Shown in pieces: positions 56,396 through 64,000 of a stretch of 64,000 nt of DNA. The translations under genes were made by a program, and so were the position numbers. Under the pieces are notes generated by a model. That model was not told the DNA's origin. It saw nothing but the letters and a program-made list of their open reading frames with translations, and ran no database searches. This DNA comes from Vicinamibacterales bacterium (GTDB lineage Bacteria > Acidobacteriota > Vicinamibacteria > Vicinamibacterales > UBA8438). Within the stretch, counting starts at the first letter, position 1, and the number at the start of each line of letters is the position of its first letter. The stretch spans positions 1,461,627 through 1,525,626 of the forward strand of contig CBDBBK010000001.1 of NCBI GenBank assembly GCA_965202655.1, read 5' to 3'.

Positions 56396-57967
56396 TCAAT
56401 CCCTGGCTTGTTGTTCGGCCAGTCCGTCGGCATGATCGGAATGCGCCGTCGCGTCCGGGGCATCCGGCACTACCGGGGCAACCCAGGCGCCGCCCAAGGC
56501 GCGGTGCACCGCAAGACGCGCCAGTGCGAGATCGCGTTGGACGCCGATGAGCGCGAACTCGACGTTCAGGACGGCGCGCAACGCGTCGAGGAAATCCGCG
56601 TAGCCGCCGATGCCGGCCGCGTAGCGCTCCGACCGGAGATCCAGGGTTGCCTGGGCCTCCTCCTGCCGCGACACCAGAAACGCGTGACGCCGGCCCTCGC
56701 TCTCGAGCCCGGCCAGGGCCGCTTCGACCTCGTTGACGGCCGTGACCACCGTACGCCCATAGGCAGCCGCCAGCTCGTTGAATCGCGCCTCCGCGAGAGC
56801 CACCCGGGTCTCGCGCTGGCCGCCGTCGAAGACCGGCTCCAGCAGGTTGGCCGCGAGATTGGTGAACCATTGGTTCACGTTGAACCAGTCGCCGATCCGC
56901 GCACTCTGGAGCCCGATCGAGCCTCTGAGCGAGAGCGTGGGCATGAGCTCTGCGACGCGGGCCTGGACGGCGAAGCCGGCCGCATCCAGGCGATGGCCGG
57001 CAGCCTGCACATCCGGCCGCTGAAGCAGCAGGTCGGCCGGGATACCGGTCGGCACCGGGTCCGGCGGCGGCGCCGGTGAGACCGTATCGGGCAGTATCGC
57101 TTCCAGGTCTTCCCGGTAGCCGCCCAGGAGCGTCGCGAGGCGTCCTTCGGCGGCAGCGAGCCGGTGCTCCAGTTGCGGCAGGCCCGCCTGCGTCTCGCGC
57201 AACTCCTGACGCACGCGGTACAGATCCAGGGAGTCGGCCAGTCCGCGAGCGTAACGGGTCGCGGCCACTTCCTCGCGCTCCAGCAGGACGTCCACCGTCT
57301 CCTGCACGAGGGCCATCCGCTGGCGGAGGTCGACAATCTCGAAGTACGCCGCGACCGTCTCCGAGAGTATCCCGATGCGGACGGCCTGCAGGTCCGATTC
57401 CGAGGCTAGGTAGTCGGCGCCGGCCGCCAGACGGCTGCTGCGAACGCGGCCCCAGAAGTCGAACTCGTAGGCGACGTCCGCGCTCAACGCGTAGTTGGTG
57501 AGCCCCAGCCGGTCGGGCAGCGCGAAGTCATCGCCCACGGCGCCGAGCAACTCCTCCAGGCCGAGTTCCTGCACCTGCGCGCCGATGCCGGCGTTGGTCG
57601 GCGACCGGAAGTCGTCGACGCCGGCCCGCGCCCCGATGACCGGGAAGATCGCGGCCTTGGCCAACAGGGCCGTCTCCCTGGCCTGTTCGACCCGGGCAAC
57701 CGCCTCCGCCATGTCGAAGTTGGAGGCGAGGGCCCTGTCGACGACCTCATCGAGCACCGGATCGCCGAACGCGCGCCACCATTCCAGCGGCTCGTACGCG
57801 CCCGCGACGGCGCCCTCGGCGAATTGACCGGGGACTTCCGGCGGATCGGATTCGAGTTCCGGCAATTCCGGTCGCGCGCCCAGCGCACACGCGGCGCACG
57901 CGCAACTCGCGAGGACGGCCAATGGCCGAACACAGTCGCCAAGACGGCGCAACCAGGGAGCGGACAT
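56396..57967 (-). CDS. efflux outer-membrane factor lipoprotein (NodT/TolC family)
   Basis: Lipobox LAVLASC. PEWWRAFGDPVLDEVV-like region. Two repeated TolC-type halves (YLASESDLQAVRI..., ARFNELAAAYGRTVVTAVNEVE). Confidence 0.8.
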   Translation of the reverse strand: MSAPWLRRLGDCVRPLAVLASCACAACALGARPELPELESDPPEVPGQFAEGAVAGAYEPLEWWRAFGDPVLDEVVDRALASNFDMAEAVARVEQARETALLAKAAIFPVIGARAGVDDFRSPTNAGIGAQVQELGLEELLGAVGDDFALPDRLGLTNYALSADVAYEFDFWGRVRSSRLAAGADYLASESDLQAVRIGILSETVAAYFEIVDLRQRMALVQETVDVLLEREEVAATRYARGLADSLDLYRVRQELRETQAGLPQLEHRLAAAEGRLATLLGGYREDLEAILPDTVSPAPPPDPVPTGIPADLLLQRPDVQAAGHRLDAAGFAVQARVAELMPTLSLRGSIGLQSARIGDWFNVNQWFTNLAANLLEPVFDGGQRETRVALAEARFNELAAAYGRTVVTAVNEVEAALAGLESEGRRHAFLVSRQEEAQATLDLRSERYAAGIGGYADFLDALRAVLNVEFALIGVQRDLALARLAVHRALGGAWVAPVVPDAPDATAHSDHADGLAEQQARD

Positions 57968-58109
57968 GAGCTACAACCCGGGACTCACGGCCAGTATATC
58001 GGCCAGATCCAGGATCGCCGATACTGCGTTCCGGATGGCGTGGGCCGACTGGCTGCGCCGGCAAAGAGCGAGTCGGTAGTCCCCGGCAGACTCCTGCGCC
58101 AGACCCCGT

Positions 58110-59879
58110 TCACTCCGGCAGCGCGAACACCCAGACGACGCCGCTGCCCTGCGGCAACGTGAGGTCGGTCAGCCGGGCGTAGGACGTCGTCTGACCGATG
58201 CGGCCGCCCGCGCCGACGGCAAGGTACTGGCGGCCGTCGATCTCGAAGGTGACGGGCGCGCCGGAGATGTCGCCGTTGAGGCGCGTCTCCCAGAGCAGGT
58301 CGCCGCTGTCGGCGTCGAGCGCGAAGAAGCGGCGGTCCGCCGTGCCGCCGAAGACGATGCCGCCGGCGGTGGCGAGCGCCGAGGCGGTCATCGGGGCGCC
58401 GCTCTCCGGGCGGTACTCCCACGCGCGCTGGCCGGAAACCGGATTGAACGCGACGAACTCCCCGATGTAGTCGTAGCCGGGAACCATCTTCACCCGGCTG
58501 CCCATACCCCGATAGATGCGCCCCGGCTGGTACTCCTCCGAGACGAACGTCACGTCCATGCAACTGTTGTTGATACCGGAGTAGTAAAGGCCGGTCTCCG
58601 GGCTGAAGCTGGGGGAGTTCAGGTTGCGCGCCCCATGGAAGTGGGGACACACCTCGAAGATCCGATCCGAATCGACGTCGTCCAGCGTCGGTATCTGCTC
58701 CGGATTGAAGATGGGGCTGCCGGTGTCGGTCCAGCCGGTGATGATGTTGTCGTAGCCGGTCCGGAACGCGTTGATGAAACGGCCGGTCTCGCGGTCGAGC
58801 ACGACGCCCCAGCCGATCTTGCTCGTCTCGATCAGCGCCTTCCGCTCGACCCCGTCGATGACCAGATCGACCAGCATGCTCTCGTGGGTCGCATCCAGAT
58901 CCCAGTTGTCCGACGGAACGACCTGGAAGTACCACTCGATCTCGCCGGTGTCGAGGTCGAGGGCGAGAATGCAGTTCGTGTAGAGCGCATCGCCCGGGCC
59001 GCGCAGGGTGGACGCCCACGGCGTGGGCTGCCCCGTGCCGAGATAGATCAGGCCGAGTTCGGGGTCGTAGCTGATGGTGTTCCAGGTCAAGCCGCCCAGC
59101 GGCGGGATCTCGCGCTCGGTCCAGGTCTCGTAACCCGGCTCCCCGGGCGCCGGCACGGTGTAGGTGGTCCAGATGTGCTCGCCCGTCTCGGCATCGTGCG
59201 CCACTACGACGCCGCGCCCGCTCCGGTCGCCGCCGGCGAAGCCGAGCACGACCTTCCCGTCGGCGATCAGGGCCGGGTGGCTGTGCCCCAGGCCGGTGCT
59301 GTAGTCGCCGGTGCTCACCTCCCAGCGCTGTTCCCCGGTCAGGGCGTCCAGCGCAACCAGCGCGGCGTCGGCCGTTCCCCAGTAGATAGTGTCGCCGTAG
59401 ACCGAGACGCCGCGATGCCGGCCGAGCGCCTGCGATTTCTCGATGTCTTCCGGGTAGCTCCGCGTATGCATCCAGGCGACGTCGCCGGAGACCGCGTCGA
59501 AGGCGATCACGCGGCCGCTTCCCTCGGCGACGTACATCAGTCCGTTGGCGACAATCGGTGTCGGCACCCAGCGGCTGTTGTCGCGCACCGACCACGCCCA
59601 GACCATGCGCAGGTCGCCGACGTTGCCGCGATTGATCTGATCGAGCGGACTGAAGCCGGTCACGTCATAGGTCCGCCGGTAGTTCATCCAGTCGCCGTCT
59701 TCCGGGTTGAGCAGCCGCTCCTCGGTGATCGGCTCCCAGTCCCGCTCCTGCGACTGCCCCCGCGCGGCCTCCGCCTGGATCACGAGCACGCCGAGCAGGC
59801 ATGCCAGCACGCACCGTCCGCGTCCACCGTCTCGCATCGTCTGTCTCCTCGTTTCCGATAGCCCCGGCCGGAACATCAT
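58110..59879 (-). CDS. PQQ-dependent dehydrogenase (methanol/ethanol family quinoprotein)
   Basis: DGDWMNYRRTYDVTGFSPLDQIN, TPIVANGLMYV, GGLTWNTISYDPELGLIYLGTG, ALDLDTGEIEWYFQVVPSDNWDLD and GGIVFGGTADRRFFALDADSGDLLWE. The start could be ATG 59837. Confidence 0.85.
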   Translation of the reverse strand: MMFRPGLSETRRQTMRDGGRGRCVLACLLGVLVIQAEAARGQSQERDWEPITEERLLNPEDGDWMNYRRTYDVTGFSPLDQINRGNVGDLRMVWAWSVRDNSRWVPTPIVANGLMYVAEGSGRVIAFDAVSGDVAWMHTRSYPEDIEKSQALGRHRGVSVYGDTIYWGTADAALVALDALTGEQRWEVSTGDYSTGLGHSHPALIADGKVVLGFAGGDRSGRGVVVAHDAETGEHIWTTYTVPAPGEPGYETWTEREIPPLGGLTWNTISYDPELGLIYLGTGQPTPWASTLRGPGDALYTNCILALDLDTGEIEWYFQVVPSDNWDLDATHESMLVDLVIDGVERKALIETSKIGWGVVLDRETGRFINAFRTGYDNIITGWTDTGSPIFNPEQIPTLDDVDSDRIFEVCPHFHGARNLNSPSFSPETGLYYSGINNSCMDVTFVSEEYQPGRIYRGMGSRVKMVPGYDYIGEFVAFNPVSGQRAWEYRPESGAPMTASALATAGGIVFGGTADRRFFALDADSGDLLWETRLNGDISGAPVTFEIDGRQYLAVGAGGRIGQTTSYARLTDLTLPQGSGVVWVFALPE

Positions 59880-59882
59880 GCC

Positions 59883-61961
59883 TCAGGGCAGCCTGAGCGC
59901 CGCGAGCGATCCCGGCAGATCCGGCCCCGCCACCTGGACGACGATGTACTGCCGGCCCTCGTGCTGATAGCCCATCATTCCGTACTGGCCCGAGGCGGGC
60001 AGGTCCACCGTGCCGAGCCGCTCTCCGGTCCGCTTGTCGAGCGCGTGCAGGCGGGGCGCGCCGGCCCGGCCCTCGGCCGTGATCAGCAGCGTCCCGGTGA
60101 CCATCGTGACCGCGTGCGACGTCTGCCCGGTGTTCGGCAGGTCCACGCCCTGCAGGGCCGGGTGATTGCGGATGCGCTCCGGCGTGTCGCCGTTGGGCGT
60201 CTCCCAGAGATGCTCGCCGGTGTTCATGTCGATGGCGACGATGCGGCTGTAGGGCGGCTTGAAGATGGGCAGCCCCTGCGGCCCGCGGAAGTCGCCGCGG
60301 TTGACGACCGCGAAGTCGGCGATCGTCCGGCCGGTCGTCTTGATGTCTGCCGGCGCGTCGATCAACTCCCCCGGCACGATGTTCTCGGAGCGGCAGCCGC
60401 GCTGCGTCGAGACGTAGAGGATGCCGGTCTCGGGATCCGCCGACGTCGGCCCGAAGATGTTCGACGCCCCGCTCGGGCAACTGACGAACGACCGCAGTCC
60501 CGACGGATGGCCCCGCTGGATCGGCGGATTGAAGATGGGGCCGAGCCGGTAGTTCCGGATGATCTCGAGCGCCTCGGCCCGCAGCTCCGGCGTGAAGTCG
60601 ATGAGGTCGTCCTCGGTGAGGCCCTGCATCTCGTACGGCGCCGGCCGGGTCGGCATCGGCTGCGTCGGCGAGAGCCGCTCCCCCGGAACCTCGGACTGGG
60701 GCACCGGCCGCTCCTCGATCGGCCAGATCGGCTCGCCGGTTACCCGGTCGAACGTGAATGCCCAGCCCTGTTTGGTGGTCTGCACGACGATCTGCCGCGG
60801 CCGGCCGTCCACGGTGACGTCGAGGGCGACCGGCGCGGTCGGATTGTCGAAGTTCCAGATGTCGTGGTGCACCGTCTGGAAGTGCCACGCCCGCTCGCCG
60901 GTCTCGACGTCGAGGGCGATGACGCTCGTCCCGAACAGCCCGTCACCGGGACGGAAGCCGCCGTAGAAGTCAATGGTGGGCGGATTGGTCGGGACGTAGA
61001 CGAGCCCCTGTTCCGGGTCGGCGGAAATGGGCGCCCACGACGAAACGTCGCCCGTCCACTCCCACGCGTCGTTCTCCCACGTCTCGTGGCCGAATTCGCC
61101 GGGGCGCGGGATGACGTGGAACTTCCACTTGTGCTCGCCGGTCCGCGCGTCATAGCCGAGGATGTCGCCCGGCACGTTCTCGACGCGGGTCTGGTTGTAG
61201 CCCTGCTCCGCCGAGTTGCCGACGACCACGACCCCGTTGACGACGATGGGAGGCGACGAGCTGGTGATGTACCCGAGCTCGCGCGGGATGCCGAAGTCGG
61301 GATCGTAGGCCCCGTCCCAGCTCTCCCAGGGTCCCCAGTCGGCGATCAGGTCAGGCAGCATGTCGACCACGCCGGTCTGCGGGAACCCGGGAAGCGGCAC
61401 CGGGCTGCCCCAGCCCTCAAGCGGGCGGCCCGTCTTCGCGTCGAGCGCGTGGAGGAAGAAGGCGGGGCTGATGATGTAGAGGATCCCGCGGCCGTCCACC
61501 TCGGCGTAGGCCACGCCCTTGCCGTAGCCGTTGCGCATTCCGCGGTCGAACCGGGTGGTGTGCGGCTCGCGGTAGGTCCAGAGCGTCTCGCCGCTCGCCG
61601 GATCGATCGCCACCACGTTGCGCCGCTCGCCGGCGACGGTGTAGAGCACGCCATCGACGTAGATCGGCGTCGAGCGCGATGTCCCGAGCGTGCCCGGGCC
61701 GTAGTTGTCGCCCCGCCAGACCCACGCCACCTCCAGATCCTCGAAGTTGTCGGCGGTGATCTGATCGAGGCCGGAGTACCGCGTGTGCGCGGCGTCGCCG
61801 CCGATGTAGCGCCACTCACCGGCGGACGCGTCGTCCCCCTGGGCGCCGGCCGCGGCCGACATCAGCAGCACGCCGGCGGCTGCCCCCGCCGCAACCGCCG
61901 CCGCGACGGCAGCCTTGGCGAACACGCCGAAAGGACTCCTTGCGCTTGCGACCCGTTTCAT
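59883..61961 (-). CDS. PQQ-dependent dehydrogenase (soluble glucose/quinate-type quinoprotein), secreted
   Basis: Start ATG 61961 (MKRVASARSPFGVFAKAAVAAAVAAGAAAGVLLMSAAAGA) overlapping the cytochrome c stop (ATGA). GEWRYIGGDAAHTRYSGLDQIT, TPIYVDGVLYTV, ALDVETGERAWHFQTVHHDIWNFD and GTLLITAEGRAGAPRLHALDKRTGERL. Confidence 0.85.
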   Translation of the reverse strand: MKRVASARSPFGVFAKAAVAAAVAAGAAAGVLLMSAAAGAQGDDASAGEWRYIGGDAAHTRYSGLDQITADNFEDLEVAWVWRGDNYGPGTLGTSRSTPIYVDGVLYTVAGERRNVVAIDPASGETLWTYREPHTTRFDRGMRNGYGKGVAYAEVDGRGILYIISPAFFLHALDAKTGRPLEGWGSPVPLPGFPQTGVVDMLPDLIADWGPWESWDGAYDPDFGIPRELGYITSSSPPIVVNGVVVVGNSAEQGYNQTRVENVPGDILGYDARTGEHKWKFHVIPRPGEFGHETWENDAWEWTGDVSSWAPISADPEQGLVYVPTNPPTIDFYGGFRPGDGLFGTSVIALDVETGERAWHFQTVHHDIWNFDNPTAPVALDVTVDGRPRQIVVQTTKQGWAFTFDRVTGEPIWPIEERPVPQSEVPGERLSPTQPMPTRPAPYEMQGLTEDDLIDFTPELRAEALEIIRNYRLGPIFNPPIQRGHPSGLRSFVSCPSGASNIFGPTSADPETGILYVSTQRGCRSENIVPGELIDAPADIKTTGRTIADFAVVNRGDFRGPQGLPIFKPPYSRIVAIDMNTGEHLWETPNGDTPERIRNHPALQGVDLPNTGQTSHAVTMVTGTLLITAEGRAGAPRLHALDKRTGERLGTVDLPASGQYGMMGYQHEGRQYIVVQVAGPDLPGSLAALRLP

Positions 61962-62425
61962 GGCGCCTCCACGATCTCCATCCCCTGCAGCTCCTGCAGA
62001 CTGGCTGGCAGTTCCGCCTCCCCGGCCGGATAGCCGTTCAGTTGCAGGAGGTAGGCCACCACCGACGCGTACTCCGCCGGGCGGAGGCTTCCCGGATCCC
62101 CTTCCGGCATCAGGGTCGCGATGGTATCGAACAGGTCTCCGGCGGTCTGGCCGACCCAGGTCAGGCGGAACCGGCCGCCCGAGAACTCCCCGGTGTCGTG
62201 ACAGGCCGCGCAGACCTGCCGGAACGTCTGCTCGCCGCGCGACGCCTGGGCGTCGCTGAACACGCCGTCCGCCACCGAGCCATGCGACTGCCGGCCCGCC
62301 GCGCCAGGCGACGCGGCTCCGGTCGGGCACCCTTCCGGTTCGGCCGCGAGCGCCGGCGCCTGTCCCGCACAAACGATGCCGAGGACCAACGCGGCCCAGA
62401 CGGCCGGGACACGAGGTTTCACCAC
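61958..62425 (-). CDS. mono-heme c-type cytochrome, secreted
   Basis: Signal peptide; GEQTFRQVCAACHD (CxxCH); TIATLMPEG (distal Met region). Confidence 0.8.
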   Translation of the reverse strand: MVKPRVPAVWAALVLGIVCAGQAPALAAEPEGCPTGAASPGAAGRQSHGSVADGVFSDAQASRGEQTFRQVCAACHDTGEFSGGRFRLTWVGQTAGDLFDTIATLMPEGDPGSLRPAEYASVVAYLLQLNGYPAGEAELPASLQELQGMEIVEAP

Positions 62426-62431
62426 GGGATC

Positions 62432-63463
62432 CTATCGCGCCGGGAAGCGGCCTATCCGGTTCCCTTCCGCCACCTGGCCGACCCAGATCTCGTCGCCGAC
62501 CTGGATCGCGGCGGTGCCGAGGATGAGCAGGTCGTTCGACGGATAGTTGACTACTTCTTCCGCCGTGTTGTCATCGAGGTTGATCCGGGCGACGCGTGAC
62601 GACACCCCGTCGCATTGGCCCTGTCGGATGCACAGGCCGATGGCCTCGCGGGTCGGTCCGATGTGGCCGGCCGCAAGCAGCGTGTTGCCCGGGCCCCACC
62701 GGACGTTGTCGATGTGGAAGTCGACGGGAATCGGGTGCTTCTCCGGCGGCGTGCGGTTGCGCGAAAGGCGGATCAGCGCCTGATCGCCGTAGCCGCCGAC
62801 GTAGTACCACTCTCCGTCGCGCGACAGCTCGATGCCGTTCGGCCCAATCTCCTCGCTGCCCGGAACGCGCGTCCAGCCGTCGCCCGACTGCCACTCCCAC
62901 ATGTCGAGCGTCCTCGGACTGGTCGCAGTGAAGCCGCCGTCGGGAAGCGCGACGACGGAGTTGAGCCCGATCCCCTCGGGCGCAACCGCGCAGCCGACCC
63001 AGGTGAGCACCGGCTGCGATCCGGTTGCGTCCAGCTCGAAGACCTCGATTGACTCGCGCGCGCCATGGCCGACAACCAACAGCGTGTGGCGGCCGCCGCT
63101 GCCCGGACGCAGGTTCAGCCCGTGCGGCCGGATATTGGAGGTTACCGGGCCGGGGCAGTCGCCGTACATCGACTGGTCGTGCCGCGCCCCGGCCGTGGCC
63201 GGGAAGATGGTGACGACGCCGTTGTCGCGGATGTCGATCGCCTGAATCGGCCCGTTGTCCACCATGTTGGGGACGATGACCCAGGGGGAATCGGGCACCT
63301 GCGCGAAATCCTCCGGGCTGACCGGGCCGCAGACGAACTGCACGTCGCCGTCGGGAGCGCAGTCCTGGGCCGCGGCAGGCGGCGCGGCGCCGAACAGCAG
63401 GATGAAGGCGCACGCGGCGCCGAGAAGGGTCGGTCTGGTCATGATGTGCCTCGCTTGTCTCAT
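62432..63463 (-). CDS. secreted six-bladed beta-propeller protein, SMP-30/gluconolactonase/paraoxonase-like (putative lactonase)
   Basis: Signal peptide. Segments such as GPNGIELSRDGEWYYVGGYGDQALIRL, HGLNLRPGSGGRHTLLVVGH and ILGTAAIQVGDEIWVG. ATG 63463 overlaps the upstream stop (ATGA); ATG 63442 is the alternative. Family assignment is by eye only. Confidence 0.45.
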   Translation of the reverse strand: MRQARHIMTRPTLLGAACAFILLFGAAPPAAAQDCAPDGDVQFVCGPVSPEDFAQVPDSPWVIVPNMVDNGPIQAIDIRDNGVVTIFPATAGARHDQSMYGDCPGPVTSNIRPHGLNLRPGSGGRHTLLVVGHGARESIEVFELDATGSQPVLTWVGCAVAPEGIGLNSVVALPDGGFTATSPRTLDMWEWQSGDGWTRVPGSEEIGPNGIELSRDGEWYYVGGYGDQALIRLSRNRTPPEKHPIPVDFHIDNVRWGPGNTLLAAGHIGPTREAIGLCIRQGQCDGVSSRVARINLDDNTAEEVVNYPSNDLLILGTAAIQVGDEIWVGQVAEGNRIGRFPAR

Positions 63464-64000
63464 TCCGGCAATGCAAACACGAAGAGGTTGGGGACGAAGC
63501 TGGGTCGCAGCTCCGGAGTCAGATCCAGGAAGCGGCCGGTGCCGGTGCTGACCGCCACGTACTGCCGTCCGTTCACCGCGTAGCTGATCGGGAAACCGGA
63601 GACGGGCGAGCCGAGATTGACCTCCCAGAGAATGTCACCGGTCTCGTCATCGAAGGCCCGGAAACGCCCGTTCACGTCGCCGCCGAAGACCAGTCCGCCG
63701 CCGGTCGTCACGAGCGACATCGTCGCGGCGCGCTGCTGGTAGTTCCAGACCACCTCGCCGGTTTCCGCCGAGATTGCCTGCACGCTGCCCACATCGTCGT
63801 AGCCGGGCGCGAGCTGGGATTTCCAGGCAATGGCGTACAACCGGTTCGTCCGCTGGTCCGGATCCTCCGCCATCATCTGCGCGCAGACGTTCCGGAGCGG
63901 CATGTACATCAGGTTGGTCAGCGGCGAATAGGCGCCCGCCTCCCAGTCCTTGCCGCCGCTCGCATGCGGGCAGGCGAGCACCTGCTGGCCGCTCGCGGTA
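63460..64000 (-). CDS. PQQ-dependent dehydrogenase, C-terminal part (5' end beyond window)
   Basis: GGKDWEAGAYSPLTNLMYMP, AISAETGEVVWNY, GGGLVFGGDVNGRFRAFDDETGDILWEVNLGSPVSGFPISYAVNGRQYVAV. The frame stays open to the window edge. Confidence 0.8.
   Translation of the reverse strand, partial: TASGQQVLACPHASGGKDWEAGAYSPLTNLMYMPLRNVCAQMMAEDPDQRTNRLYAIAWKSQLAPGYDDVGSVQAISAETGEVVWNYQQRAATMSLVTTGGGLVFGGDVNGRFRAFDDETGDILWEVNLGSPVSGFPISYAVNGRQYVAVSTGTGRFLDLTPELRPSFVPNLFVFALPE

Noticed and set aside
57989-58030. Imperfect hairpin CAGTATATCGGC...GCCGATACTG between the PQQ operon and the efflux operon, as a possible terminator.
   Set aside because: The stem needs a 2-nt bulge, the loop is 13 nt, and no T-tract follows on the minus strand. 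It is possible but not supportable without RNA data.

Overview
High-GC (roughly 65-70%) bacterial chromosomal segment, densely coded and mostly on the minus strand. It is dominated by exported or periplasmic redox proteins. All family names below come from motif recognition by eye; no search was run. The gene content (DUF1552/DUF1592 pairs, PSCyt/DUF1549/DUF1553 + DUF1501, many CxxCH proteins) fits Acidobacteriota, Gemmatimonadota or Planctomycetota-like organisms, but the phylum cannot be fixed from this window.

Contents:
- Four PQQ quinoprotein dehydrogenases, one truncated at each window edge. The left-edge one is missing from the ORF track and was translated by hand.
- A cytochrome c / PHM-like monooxygenase fusion.
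- MBL hydrolase, YbdK ligase, DUF4920 and DUF2911 proteins.
- Two tandem secreted paralogs.
- A 1545-aa mosaic protein inside a propeller/VOC/cytochrome cluster.
- Two diverged copies of an ankyrin / DUF1552 / DUF1592 triad, plus a PSCyt-DUF1553/DUF1501 pair.
- Cyclase, tannase-type esterase, DHA2 MFS transporter, class I fumarase, Ste24-type M48 protease and an EamA transporter.
- A lower-GC block with a Rieske oxygenase, a GPP34-P450 fusion and a FAD oxidoreductase.
- An OMF-MFP-RND efflux operon.
- Three toxin-antitoxin loci plus one PIN remnant.

Many adjacent genes overlap by ATGA, GTGA or TGATG (2319-2323, 15414-15417, 20541, 21893-21896, 28540-28543, 31842-31845, 40051-40054, 55164-55167, 61958-61961, 63460-63463), which supports the operon calls. 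I saw no rRNA, tRNA, CRISPR array, transposase or integrase.

Best candidates for something undescribed:
1. A Phd-antitoxin / unknown 259-aa ORF / PIN-toxin cassette (27.25-28.93 kb).
2. The duplicated ankyrin-DUF1552-DUF1592 triad.
3. The GPP34-P450 fusion with an atypical I-helix.
4. The 1545-aa mosaic protein (M4-like domain without HExxH, beta-propeller, di-heme peroxidase, CBM).

Start codons are often ambiguous. Many long ORFs in the supplied track are GC-driven shadow ORFs and are rejected.
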